Below, piece by piece: positions 1-9,238 of a stretch of 63,207 nucleotides of DNA. Origin of the DNA: Candidatus Zixiibacteriota bacterium (lineage in GTDB: Bacteria; Zixibacteria; MSB-5A5; GN15; FEB-12); contig JAQUSF010000003.1 in assembly GCA_028715215.1 (NCBI GenBank), positions 1-63,207 of the forward strand, given 5' to 3'. Made by a program: the position numbers and the translations under genes. The notes beneath the pieces were generated by a model, which was given only the letters and a program-made list of their open reading frames with translations, was not told where the DNA came from and did no database searches. How positions within the stretch are numbered: position 1 is the first letter of the stretch; each line of letters starts with the position of its first letter.

Positions 1-566
1 GGCTGGTTCTTGCGGGAACTCAAGTTATGAATAGCGCGGGCAAATAATTCTTTGCCGGAACCGGAAGGTCCTTGAATCAGCACGGTGCTTTCGCTTTCCG
101 CTATATCCGGGAGGATGGCGAATAACTTGTGAATTTTCGGACTCTTGGAAATTATATCCTCCACAGAATATTTCTGGTCGAGTTCTTTGCGAAGGTGCTC
201 GATGGCGGAAAGGTCGCGGAAGGTTTCCACCGCTCCCAGGATGTTACCGTTTTCATCCTTGAGAATAGCGGTCGAGATGCTGATGGGTATTTTTTCACCC
301 CGGTTATTGATGATATTGACCGGTCGGTCGATGGCTTCGGTGCCGGTTTTCAGGGTTTTCTGAAGCGGACAGTCTTCGCAGATATCGGAATGAAAAATAT
401 CCGAGCAGTGTTTTCCGATTGCTTTGGAAGCCGGGATACCGGTAATTTTTTCCGCCGCCCGGTTGAAGCTGGTTATAATGCGCCGGCTGTCAACCGTAAA
501 AACACCGTCGGCAATCGAGCTCAGGATAACTTTGAAAAATTGCAGGTTTTCCGGTTTTTCATCCAT
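1..566 (-). CDS. sigma-54-dependent transcriptional activator, N-terminal part (PAS-like sensor plus start of AAA+ module); the 3' end runs off the window
   Basis: Absent from the ORF track because it is open at the window edge. My reverse-strand translation from the ATG at 566-564 reads MDEKPENLQFFKVILSSIADGVFTVDSRR...AAEKITGIP (PAS-like). It ends ...ESTVLIQGPSGSGKELFARAIHNLSSRKNQ, the Walker A region typical of NtrC-type AAA+ activators. Confidence 0.8.
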   Translation of the reverse strand, partial: MDEKPENLQFFKVILSSIADGVFTVDSRRIITSFNRAAEKITGIPASKAIGKHCSDIFHSDICEDCPLQKTLKTGTEAIDRPVNIINNRGEKIPISISTAILKDENGNILGAVETFRDLSAIEHLRKELDQKYSVEDIISKSPKIHKLFAILPDIAESESTVLIQGPSGSGKELFARAIHNLSSRKNQ

Positions 567-683
567 AACTTTTGTCAGCCGCCTACCCTTTTAATTTTCT
601 TATATCTGTTATTAAGAGAACATAACCGGTAACCGCCGAAGAGTCAAGTAGCATGCGCTTGAAGTCTTTCTTCTTCAAGCCTG

Positions 684-1073
684 TTATCCCCGGTTTGCCC
701 CGCAGTTCATACGTCCACCGTGCCCCCGGCAGGCATGGTCGGAAGGCAGTTCCCTCAGAGTCTGGTTTTTCAGACTGTCGATTAGCTGCTTGACCTTGTC
801 ATCGTTTGCCGGAAAAACCTTAATATCCTGTTGATTGAAAAACATGATGGCGCGGCGTCCTATACCCGGGCAGATGACACAGTCGATATGGTGACTCTGC
901 AGCTGGAGCAGGGGATAACAGGTGCCATGACGGTGGTGTTCGCCGGCATTGGGCATTATTTTTATTTCTCCCGTCACGGTGTCATAAAGGGTAAAATAAG
1001 GAGCTGAGCCGAAATATTCACAGGCACTATCTTCCAGCCCGGCGGTTCCCAGAGTGGGTATGCAAACCAGTAT
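684..1073 (-). CDS. NifB/NifX-family (FeMo-cofactor-binding-like domain) small protein; start codon uncertain
   Basis: The track ORF 684..977 starts at GTG. The frame stays open upstream to a TAA at 1103-1101 and encodes ILVCIPTLGTAGLEDSACEYFGSAPYFTLYD, the conserved N-terminal strand of this family. AGGAGG (1085-1080) lies 6 nt before ATA (1073-1071). Confidence 0.65.
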   Translation of the reverse strand: MLVCIPTLGTAGLEDSACEYFGSAPYFTLYDTVTGEIKIMPNAGEHHRHGTCYPLLQLQSHHIDCVICPGIGRRAIMFFNQQDIKVFPANDDKVKQLIDSLKNQTLRELPSDHACRGHGGRMNCGANRG

Positions 1074-1365
1074 GGCCGGCCTCCTTTCCTTTAAGACTAA
1101 TTATCAGGGCACGGTTGTAAAGGACCGCTTCGACAACCCTTTTACGGGCGGCATATAAAAGCCGCTGGATGGTGCCCCGAGAAACGCCCATCCGCCGCCC
1201 CGCTTCTTCCTGTTCGAGCTGTTCATAATCACATAAACGCAAAGCTTCGAACTGGTCGAGGTCGAGGACAGTGCGGTCAAGCGCCGTCAATGGTATCCCC
1301 TGCGGTTTGTAGACCCGGTCCGCCGGGTAGCGACGGCAGCATCTTTTACATTTCGGACGTCCCAT
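1027..1365 (-). CDS. DUF134/UPF0251-family predicted DNA-binding protein
   Basis: MGRPKCKRCC...YKPQGIP...LDQFEALRLCDYEQLEQEEAGRRMGVSRGTIQRLLYAARKRV shows the sigma-70 region-4-like HTH typical of DUF134. The family is commonly adjacent to NifX-like genes. Confidence 0.7.
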   Translation of the reverse strand: MGRPKCKRCCRRYPADRVYKPQGIPLTALDRTVLDLDQFEALRLCDYEQLEQEEAGRRMGVSRGTIQRLLYAARKRVVEAVLYNRALIISLKGKEAGHTGLHTHSGNRRAGR

Positions 1366-1377
1366 AATTATTTCATT

Positions 1378-1393
1378 TTGTGCATATGCACAA
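1378..1393. promoter_or_regulatory. perfect 16-bp palindrome TTGTGCATATGCACAA, candidate operator
   Basis: The sequence is an exact inverted repeat. It lies 13 nt upstream of the DUF134 start codon (1365). Confidence 0.3.
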
Positions 1394-1621
1394 TATTATT
1401 ATCGATCTTTTCGCGGCTTTTGTCAAGCCCCAATTTTTTTTTGAGGTCACAGGCGAGGCGGCAAGATGTTTCCTGTGACCTCCTTTACTATGGTGACCTG
1501 AGCCGGTATTCTATACTTGATAACTATAACCCGGGACCGGGTAATCCCTGCATATCCTGGCGTTAGCCGAAAGTCCGTTAGGTCAACCGGCCGTATCAGG
1601 TTTAATGGATGGTTATATAAT

Positions 1622-1653
1622 AAAAAAAGCCCTCTTTGAAACGAGGGCTTTTT
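1622..1653. terminator. bidirectional rho-independent terminator after the M16 operon
   Basis: AAAAAAA-GCCCTC-tttgaaac-GAGGGC-TTTTT lies immediately downstream of the stop at 1675 on the minus strand. Confidence 0.6.
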
Positions 1654-1674
1654 CAGGTACTTAAATGGCAGTCA

Positions 1675-3189
1675 TTAACGGGCTTCCAGTGTCATCGGGT
1701 TACGCAGAGGGAGGATGGTAATATTTCCGAAATCGGAAAACCGTTCAGGGTGTTTGTCCGAACCCTGTTTTACTTCGTCCGGGTTGCCGACAATCAGATA
1801 CACAAGTTTATCCGGGTGCAGATACTTCTGAGCGACGGCGAGGATGTCATCCGGAGTTACGGCTTCCATATTTTTGGTGTACTTCTGCCAGTAATCGTCC
1901 GGGCGACCGGTGTATCGGTCATCGGCAAACGTGTTGACGATGCTGTTTTTACTGCTGAAGGGATTGACCACGTTGCTGATAAAGCCGGCTTTGGCGTTGC
2001 TGACGATTTCCGGTTCGCATTTTTCGGTGCGGATGCGTTTGATTTCATCGACAATCAATCTGGAGCCGAATGCGGCGGTGGCATGCTTGGTCTGAAACCA
2101 GGCCCGGAAGGTGCCGGGGTAAAGAACCGGGCGGTCAAAAGCGCTGCCGACGTTGTAAGCCAGGCCCTCGTCGGAACGCACGCGGCGGACAATCTGCGAA
2201 GAAAAACCCCCGCCGCCCAAAATATCGTTCATGACCATGAGTGCATACTGGTCGGGAATATCCCGCTTGACCCCGAGGTGACCGACGCTTATTCGTGACT
2301 GGTTGACATCATCTTTTTTAATCATGTAAACGCCGGGTTGCGGATCGGGGATCTGGTCGGGGATGGACGGGAGTTGTAACTGCCGGTCGGGCCAGTCACT
2401 GAGAAGGTTGTTGAGGCTGGTCAGGACAGCTTCGGTTTTAAAATCCCCGGATACGGCAAAAATGAAATTTTTGGGAAAGAAATATTTCTCGTGAAAAGCA
2501 ATCAGGTCGTCGCGGGTGATTGCCCTGAGGGATTGTTCCGTACGGCGGAAAGGGATCGTGCAGGGATGGTCGCCGTACATAAGAAAAGCCCATTCGCGTT
2601 CTTCGATGTCGGAAGTCGAGGCGTTACGCTGGGACAGTTCCGAAAGAATATCCGTTCGGTAACGTTCCAGGGCGTCCGGGTCGAACACCGGGTAACGCAG
2701 GACTTTTTTGAGTAAAGCCAGGCTTTCATCGATATCTTTGGACAGGCAGAAGAGCCGGATGGAACCGCGGGTATCGCTGATATTAACAGAGATTTCTCCG
2801 GCCAGGAAAGCCAGCCGTTCATCGAGTTCTCGTGCCGTCATTCCTTCAACACCGCCGTTGCGCATCAGATAACCGGTCATGTCGGCCAGGCCGGCTTTCG
2901 CCACCGGTTCGTAGGTGGAGCCGGTGCGCACCAGGACCGTCACTTCAAAAATGGGTACTTCGGGATTCTCGATTATATAGGCGGTCGCGCCGCACTTCAA
3001 TAGGTGGCGGAATTTTTCCGGTTGGGGCGGCTGGTATTTCAATTCCTGGAATTTTAACTGGTCGGGATGGTCAACTATTTTATCCCCGGCTGCTAATGGT
3101 ACGGATACAAATACGACAGCCAACGCCGGGATTGTCACCAGCGCCGCCGCCCGGCTGAAAAACCATTTGGATATATTTTTCATATTCAT
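1675..3189 (-). CDS. M16 (pitrilysin/insulinase) family protein, probable non-catalytic subunit
   Basis: 504 aa with a signal peptide and M16-like organisation. The HxxEH position reads LADMTGYLMRNG, so there is no zinc motif. It is paired with an active M16 gene upstream. Confidence 0.75.
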   Translation of the reverse strand: MNMKNISKWFFSRAAALVTIPALAVVFVSVPLAAGDKIVDHPDQLKFQELKYQPPQPEKFRHLLKCGATAYIIENPEVPIFEVTVLVRTGSTYEPVAKAGLADMTGYLMRNGGVEGMTARELDERLAFLAGEISVNISDTRGSIRLFCLSKDIDESLALLKKVLRYPVFDPDALERYRTDILSELSQRNASTSDIEEREWAFLMYGDHPCTIPFRRTEQSLRAITRDDLIAFHEKYFFPKNFIFAVSGDFKTEAVLTSLNNLLSDWPDRQLQLPSIPDQIPDPQPGVYMIKKDDVNQSRISVGHLGVKRDIPDQYALMVMNDILGGGGFSSQIVRRVRSDEGLAYNVGSAFDRPVLYPGTFRAWFQTKHATAAFGSRLIVDEIKRIRTEKCEPEIVSNAKAGFISNVVNPFSSKNSIVNTFADDRYTGRPDDYWQKYTKNMEAVTPDDILAVAQKYLHPDKLVYLIVGNPDEVKQGSDKHPERFSDFGNITILPLRNPMTLEAR

Positions 3190-3207
3190 TCTCCTTTGGC
3201 GTATGCC

Positions 3208-4995
3208 TCAGTTGCCCTCGGCGGCTTTGAGTTCTTTAAGGTGGTCATTGGCGATTTTAAGCAGTTTCTCCATCTGCGCTTTTTCTTTGGGGTCTTCAAC
3301 CCTGTCCATCTGCATGGAGAACATGCCGATTAACTGTTCGAGACGGGCGGCGTCTTTCATGGCTTTAATCATCAGTACCGCCTGGGCAAACTGCGGGTCT
3401 TCGCCGCCTTCATTTTTACCTTCAGGACCGGTCTTGCTGTTGATAATAAGGATATTCCGCTGGTTTCTGGCAAAATACATATTTGCCACGCGCAGAATAT
3501 CGTCCGCGGTAACCAGGTCGCACCTTTTCGGATTGTTGTTAACTTCCGTCCAGTCGCCGTACGCGGCATTGCTCCCGAGCATGAAGATTATTCCCATACC
3601 GGACATAATGTCCAAAAAGCGTATCTTCTGAACCCGCAGCTGATTTTTTACTTTCTGCAGTTCTTCTTCGGATACGGGTGTTTTCTTTAAATCTTCGATG
3701 ACTTCGTTCATGGCTTCCACCAGTTGTTCCGCCTTTATATCGGCGATACCCTCGGCTGAAACCTGGAAGGCGCCGGCGTATTTTTTGGAATCCTGGGCGG
3801 CGTTTACCGCCAGGTTTTCGCCACCAAACATCCGCGGTCCCCCCCCGGAGCTCTTGGCGATACCTTTTTCCTCGACCAGTTTTTTGTAGAGCCGACCGGT
3901 CTTGCCGCTTAAAATCCCGGCCAGAACTTCAAGAGGGTAACTGTCGCGATGTTTCCAGGCGACCGTATGGTACCAGATTTCGGCCCGAGGATTGGTTTCC
4001 GCTTCGGCGATTAACATTTTTTCGCCGTGCTGTTTTTCTTCCAGGGTCACCACTTCCGGCGGTGTTACCGTTCCCCGTGGGATTCGTTCGAAATATTGCC
4101 GGACCATTTTTATGGTCTCATCAGGATTAATATCGCCTACCAGGAGCATCGTCAGATTGTTGGGCGCATAGTAGGTGTTAAAATAGGCGTTGGCCTGTTC
4201 GCGGGTGATACTGCCCAGGTCGGAGGCCCAGCCGATGACACTCCAGTGGTAAGATGAAGATTTCCAGAACATCGACTGGAAATCCTCCTCAATCAACCCG
4301 GTGGGCGTAGATTCCACTCCCAGCCGGCGTTCTTCACGAACAACATCTCGCTCGGAGTAAAATTCCCGGAATACGGGATTCATGAAACGGTCGGACTCCA
4401 GCCACATATACAGCTCCAGCTTGTTTTTGGGCAGGCGGACGAAATACGCGGTCATATCTTCTGAGGTAAAGGCGTTAAGGAAAAAACCGCCGTTCTTACC
4501 GTAAAGTTCGTCGAGCTGGTCTTTAATAATCAGCTGTCTTTGTTCCAGGATAAGGCTGTCAAAGACCTTTTCGATTTCCCGGTAACGGGGCGTTTTGGCT
4601 TCGGGGTCAAGCATATCCTGGATAAATCCGCGACGCAGCTGCTCGCGCATAATTTTTTCCTCGTCCCGCATCAGGGCTCGCAGGGAGTCGAGTTTGCCCA
4701 TTACTTCCAGGTCGCGGACGATGTCTTTGGTTCCGATGGTTCTGGTACCTTTGAACATCATATGTTCAAAAAGATGGGAAATGCCGGTGATACCGGTTAT
4801 TTCATTAGACGAGCCGACCCGGGCAAAAATAGCACACATGACGGTCGGGGTTTCGTGCCGCTCCACCATCAATACCTGCATACCGTTATTGAGCGTGTAT
4901 TCTCTGGCATCGATTTTCTGGGCGGCGACCGGTCCTGCCGCGGCCAGCAGCCCGACCACACACCATAAAACGGCATACCAACAGGGCTTGTTCAT
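3208..4995 (-). CDS. M16 family zinc peptidase (catalytic, HxxEH)
   Basis: 595 aa with a signal peptide. GISHLFEHMMFKGT carries the inverted zincin motif HxxEH. Confidence 0.85.
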   Translation of the reverse strand: MNKPCWYAVLWCVVGLLAAAGPVAAQKIDAREYTLNNGMQVLMVERHETPTVMCAIFARVGSSNEITGITGISHLFEHMMFKGTRTIGTKDIVRDLEVMGKLDSLRALMRDEEKIMREQLRRGFIQDMLDPEAKTPRYREIEKVFDSLILEQRQLIIKDQLDELYGKNGGFFLNAFTSEDMTAYFVRLPKNKLELYMWLESDRFMNPVFREFYSERDVVREERRLGVESTPTGLIEEDFQSMFWKSSSYHWSVIGWASDLGSITREQANAYFNTYYAPNNLTMLLVGDINPDETIKMVRQYFERIPRGTVTPPEVVTLEEKQHGEKMLIAEAETNPRAEIWYHTVAWKHRDSYPLEVLAGILSGKTGRLYKKLVEEKGIAKSSGGGPRMFGGENLAVNAAQDSKKYAGAFQVSAEGIADIKAEQLVEAMNEVIEDLKKTPVSEEELQKVKNQLRVQKIRFLDIMSGMGIIFMLGSNAAYGDWTEVNNNPKRCDLVTADDILRVANMYFARNQRNILIINSKTGPEGKNEGGEDPQFAQAVLMIKAMKDAARLEQLIGMFSMQMDRVEDPKEKAQMEKLLKIANDHLKELKAAEGN

Positions 4996-5330
4996 AAAGC
5001 ACTCCTTCTGTGATGTTTTGCCTTAAAGCATATTGAAGAACTGGTATTTCATTCCGAATTTAAAAAGTCAAATATGTTTTTTTGCGCCGGGAATGTCAAG
5101 AGGGATGAACCGGTTTATCGAAAAGGTAAAAATGGATGTATGTAAAAGCACTTCCGAAGAAGGTTTATCTCCGGTAAACCTGACAGGATTCAAGGCGAAA
5201 AGAGGAAGGAAAAAGGCATTGACTTTATATTTGAATTATTTGATTTTGGTCAAACTCTGATTTTGATGAATCGACGTTTATGGATTTTTTTGCAACTGAG
5301 TAAAAAGGCTTCAAGCAGAGGCATGGCAAA

Positions 5331-6713
5331 TTGACACCGGGTCTTGTTCATAAAGTATTTGCCGGGATGAGCCGGACGGAAGAGGTCAGGAAACGACTTC
5401 ACGATATTGTCGTTGAAGGTTCGCTGGCGAATGTTTTTATCACCTTCACCGGGGGCGTTTTCATAACCGGCCTGGCGCTGATGCTGGGCGCTAACGATTT
5501 CGAGATTGGTTTTCTGGCGGCCCTGCCGTTTATTGCCCAGATTGCCCAACTGGGCTCGGATTATGTCGCTGGTTTTTTCAGAAACCGCAAAACAGCAGTA
5601 AGGGACCTTTCGGCTTTCAGCCGCCAGATCTGGTGGTTGCTTCCGCTGGTGTTGCTGTTGCCGGGCGGCTGGGACCTGGAAATTATGCTTCTGGTAGTGT
5701 TGGTATCCAATGTCGGTATCATGACGGCGACTCCGGCCTGGATGGCCTGGATGGCTGACATCGTTCCGGAAAAGATCCGGGGTCGGTTTTTCGGTGTGCG
5801 CAGTGCCATGCTGGCGGTCATAGCTGTGGTAACGGCGCTGGCCGGGGGTATGATCCTGGATATCGCCAGGAAGAACGGGCATGAAAGTCTTGGTTTCGGG
5901 ATAATTATCGTTATTTCCTGTCTTTGCGCCGCGGCCGCTCTGGTGGTGTTAAATAAAATCCCCGACCCCTGGCGCAAGGACCCGTCCCTTAATTTTACCT
6001 GGGCGCGGTTGTGGGAACCGCTCACCAACCGGTCCTTTCGCCGTCTCTTACAGGTCTTCCTGGCATGGAATTTATCTATCGGTATCGCCGCTCCTTTTTT
6101 CGCGCCGCATATGCTGACCAATCTTAAAATGAGTTTCACCCTTATTGCTGTATATTCGGGAGTGGCGTCGTTATCGGCGGTGTTACTCAATAAACCCTGG
6201 GGAACCCTGATTGACCGTTTCGGTTCCAAACCGGTCGTAGCCTTATGCGGTTTCGGCGTCGCTTTCGTTCCTTTTCTCTGGCTCATTCCCCGGGCAGGCA
6301 GTTTGTGGATACTGGCTTTTGAAGCGGTTTATTCGGGAGCGCTATGGGCGGGTTTTAACCTCGCGGCTTTCAATATTCCCATCGCCAACAGCCCCCGGAG
6401 CAACCGTTCCTTTTACCTGGCTTTTTTCAATGTGGTGACGGGTCTGGCATTTTTCTCGGCTTCGGTGCTGGGCGGAGTTCTCGCGGAAATGTGGAAAGAC
6501 GTCAGCTGGATGGTTGGTCCGCAGAAAATCGTCAATTATCATCTGCTGTTTGTCGTCTCGGGAATCCTGCGCCTTATAGCCGCCGGTTTGATACTTACTT
6601 TTCATGAAGTCCATGAAAAAAGTGTCCCCATCATGGTGCAGTTTATGGGCTATGCAATTTTGAAGAAAATTTCTGTCGGCCGGCAGTTGTTTCCGAAATC
6701 CCACCGGGAATAG
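5331..6713 (+). CDS. MFS-type transporter
   Basis: About 12 predicted hydrophobic helices, an IVPEKIRGRFFG loop motif and MFS-like halves. The track start is TTG; the ATG at 5367 (MSRTEEV...) is a likelier start. Confidence 0.7.
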   Translation: MTPGLVHKVFAGMSRTEEVRKRLHDIVVEGSLANVFITFTGGVFITGLALMLGANDFEIGFLAALPFIAQIAQLGSDYVAGFFRNRKTAVRDLSAFSRQIWWLLPLVLLLPGGWDLEIMLLVVLVSNVGIMTATPAWMAWMADIVPEKIRGRFFGVRSAMLAVIAVVTALAGGMILDIARKNGHESLGFGIIIVISCLCAAAALVVLNKIPDPWRKDPSLNFTWARLWEPLTNRSFRRLLQVFLAWNLSIGIAAPFFAPHMLTNLKMSFTLIAVYSGVASLSAVLLNKPWGTLIDRFGSKPVVALCGFGVAFVPFLWLIPRAGSLWILAFEAVYSGALWAGFNLAAFNIPIANSPRSNRSFYLAFFNVVTGLAFFSASVLGGVLAEMWKDVSWMVGPQKIVNYHLLFVVSGILRLIAAGLILTFHEVHEKSVPIMVQFMGYAILKKISVGRQLFPKSHRE

Positions 6714-6748
6714 AGCCACGTTTCAGTATTGAATCTTGAAAGAATGAA

Positions 6749-7945
6749 TCAGTCGGCTGTCAGGCGATGGACCGTGATTTCCGAACGGGCACCCAGACGA
6801 ATCTGGGGACCCCAGTAACCGGTGCCGTTGCTGACATAAATTCGGGTGTTGCCGTGCCGGTGCAGCCCGGAAATATAAGGTTGCGCCAGCGCCGCCAGAA
6901 AATGATAGGGAAAATACTGGCCGCCGTGGGTGTGACCTGTTATAACATAATCAAAGCCGGCCCTGGCGGCTTCGAAAATACTTTTCGGCTGATGCGCCAG
7001 CAGGATGCGTACATGACATTCCGGCGCTCCCTCGGCAGCCCGGTGCGGGTCGGAAAGATGAGTTCGGTTGAAATCGCCGCCGGAATAATCGGTTACCCCG
7101 GCCAGAAGCAACAAGCCATCGCCCCGTTTTATGACCCGATGCTCATTCATGAGGTTGGTAAAACCAAGGCGGTTGGTTTCTACCAGCCATGGTTCGACAC
7201 CGGAATAATATTCATGGTTGCCGGTAACGAAAAAGGCGCCGTCGGAGGCCTTCAAATCAGCCAGAGGTGCGACATCACCCGCAAACTCATCAACCGAACC
7301 GTCAACCAGGTCTCCCGTTAAAACCACCAGGTCCGGGTCAAGTTCATTAACGCTGGCAACCACTGCCTTGATGAATGGTTTTCTTATGGTATGGCTGACA
7401 TGGAGGTCGGTTATCTGGACTATTTTGTAGCCGTCAAGGTCCTGGGGTAAATTTTTAACAGGAACGGGGATTTCGACAATGGCAGGTTTGCGCAGAGCCT
7501 CAAATAGACCATAACCGGTTAATGCGGCGGTGATGCCAAGCAGACCCAGATTAATCGAGTTGACTAAAAGGCGACGTCGCTCGGGGTCGACAGTATCCAC
7601 GACGGCAGAACCGGCATTGAATATATGTGTTATCAGATGATAAGCTTTGCTGGCTCCGGCACTGATGAGGAAAATAAGATCTCTTGTTACCAGCAGGGCA
7701 AAAAGCAAGGTGAAAAAGCCGAAACTTAAATAACCAATCCAGGCCATCATATCCACCCAGGTACCTTTGAGGACGTAATGATTCGCTATATGGGTGAAAA
7801 AAGGCAAAACCACGAATATGACCAGCAGCCCCCATAAGAGGCTGTTCACCGGGGTACTAAAAGCCGCGGGGATAATCAGCCGCCATCCGATATAGCCGTA
7901 CATCAGGGATAATACCATTACGACAATCAAGAAGAACAAGGTCAT
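6749..7945 (-). CDS. membrane-anchored metallophosphoesterase (calcineurin-like)
   Basis: N-terminal TM helices are followed by ITDLHVSH, GDLVDGS, GNHEYY and GHTHGGQ motifs. Confidence 0.85.
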   Translation of the reverse strand: MTLFFLIVVMVLSLMYGYIGWRLIIPAAFSTPVNSLLWGLLVIFVVLPFFTHIANHYVLKGTWVDMMAWIGYLSFGFFTLLFALLVTRDLIFLISAGASKAYHLITHIFNAGSAVVDTVDPERRRLLVNSINLGLLGITAALTGYGLFEALRKPAIVEIPVPVKNLPQDLDGYKIVQITDLHVSHTIRKPFIKAVVASVNELDPDLVVLTGDLVDGSVDEFAGDVAPLADLKASDGAFFVTGNHEYYSGVEPWLVETNRLGFTNLMNEHRVIKRGDGLLLLAGVTDYSGGDFNRTHLSDPHRAAEGAPECHVRILLAHQPKSIFEAARAGFDYVITGHTHGGQYFPYHFLAALAQPYISGLHRHGNTRIYVSNGTGYWGPQIRLGARSEITVHRLTAD

Positions 7946-8208
7946 AATTTAAAAGATTTCCATGCCGGGTTGAAAGTGTTTACATTTACGTTAACTATGT
8001 TGTACGGTTCATAGCCAAAGTAAGTTATTCAGGGTAGAAAAAAAAGAAATTAATCCTATTGGCGGGGAAATGTTACCCGGCTGTTAAAAGGTAACTTCTT
8101 TATTCGAAGGTCAAGGTTTCGGGATGAAACCGGCGGCATCACAATTGTAAATAATCCGGTCTTGAAAAGCGGTTTGCTCCGGCAGGGCAGATTAAAAGCG
8201 GTTGGTTA

Positions 8209-8240
8209 AATAAAAAGGAGACCGTTATAATCCGGTCTCC
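8209..8240 (-). terminator. rho-independent terminator of the RRM-protein gene
   Basis: On the minus strand, GGAGACCG-loop-CGGTCTCC is followed by TTTTTATTT. It lies 32 nt after the stop. Confidence 0.6.
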
Positions 8241-8271
8241 AATGTATCATACTAGGTTGAGATGACAGTTT

Positions 8272-8592
8272 TTAGAACCGGCGACGGTTGCCGCCGCCAC
8301 TACCGCCGCGATAACCGCCGCGGCCACCGCCGCCACGGTCGCTTCGCTCGGTACGCGGGCGAGCCTCGTTGACATTCAGCGTGCGGCCGTTCAGGTCCTG
8401 ACCATTCAAGCCTTCAATGGCAGCTTTGGCCTCATCCTGATTCGGCATTTCCACGAAAGCAAAGCCTCTCGGGTCACCGGTATACTTGTCCTTAATGATA
8501 TTGACGCTTGAAACTTCACCATAATTCTCAAACGCCTCTCTCAACTGTTCGTCTGTCGCATTGTGTGACAGATTGCCAATGTAGATATTCAT
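8272..8592 (-). CDS. RRM-type RNA-binding protein with a Gly/Arg-rich tail
   Basis: NIYIGNL (RNP2), RGFAFVEM (RNP1) and a C-terminal RGGGGRGGYRGGSGGG tail. Confidence 0.9.
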   Translation of the reverse strand: MNIYIGNLSHNATDEQLREAFENYGEVSSVNIIKDKYTGDPRGFAFVEMPNQDEAKAAIEGLNGQDLNGRTLNVNEARPRTERSDRGGGGRGGYRGGSGGGNRRRF

Positions 8593-8775
8593 TCTACACT
8601 CCGATTTTGTTTATCCCCACAGAAAACCTCATCCCAGAGGGATTGCGTTCGTCGAAATAAACCCGTTTAAGCGCACTATTGCGCAAAAGTTTCCAGATTC
8701 AGTTTTGTCAGAGTTTTGTAAGGAAGAATAAAAACCTCAATAAAAGAATTGATGGAAACCTACTATTGTTATTTG

Positions 8776-8804
8776 AATATACTCCTTTTATCGGTAAAGT
8801 CCAA
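8776..8804 (-). promoter_or_regulatory. sigma-70-like promoter TTGGAC-N17-TATATT for the RRM gene
   Basis: The hexamers were read on the minus strand. They imply a 5' UTR of about 175 nt. Confidence 0.35.
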
Positions 8805-9121
8805 TACATTTATTAACAATTTTAGTTTTTTTTTAGTTTCCCGGAATCTTTTTTAAAAGGTGATTTAATATTATGCTTTATTCAAATTAAACGGTTACAG
8901 AGGTAACCTATCCGCATCGTATCTTGTTATCTTTTATTAACTTAAATGATGTGGGCGCCATATTCATCGAAAGAGCCCTGTTTTTTTCACCATATCTTAA
9001 CAGATACGGTCAAGTGATAAAAAATCCCGCTAATACGGCTTTTTATAGCTTCTGAATATTATCAATTCATCCAGAACGCTCTTTACGGAATAAGATTCCT
9101 TATATATCGACATAATAAATC

Positions 9122-9147
9122 GGTTTTCATTTTAGGTTTTCATTTTA
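9122..9147. repeat. perfect tandem duplication, 2 x 13 bp (GGTTTTCATTTTA)
   Basis: Seen directly in the AT-rich intergenic region. Confidence 0.9.
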
Positions 9148-9195
9148 AATGTAAGTTCCACATAATAATGTCATTGCTAAAGCCCCTTTCATTAT

Positions 9196-9238
9196 GCCGG
9201 TTAATAAAACAGGCGGTTTCAGTTATTGGCCGGTTTTT
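9196..9238 (+). terminator. plus-strand-specific intrinsic terminator-like hairpin
   Basis: GCCGGTTAATAA / TTATTGGCCGGT form a 12-bp stem that needs three G-U pairs on the plus-strand RNA. These become C-A mismatches on the minus strand. The stem is followed by TTTTT. The loop is large (15 nt). Confidence 0.4.

Noticed and set aside
1636-2298. Long antisense shadow ORFs. Examples: 1636..2298, 4540..4968, 5250..5882, 5561..6286, 6767..7321, 11520..12152, 14130..14789, 21346..21876, 22568..23125, 24752..25312, 28019..28675, 30278..30691, 36852..37571, 39686..40177, 42296..42892, 48671..49210, 55424..55855
   Set aside because: Each lies fully inside, and opposite to, a gene with strong family motifs. 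Their translations are low-complexity or Arg/Gly/Pro-rich with no recognisable motifs, which is typical of opposite-strand open frames.
5331-5366. TTGACA at the track start of the MFS gene as a promoter for a leaderless mRNA starting at ATG 5367
   Set aside because: No acceptable -10 hexamer occurs at 16-18 nt spacing (AGTATT or TATTTG only). This is too weak to call.
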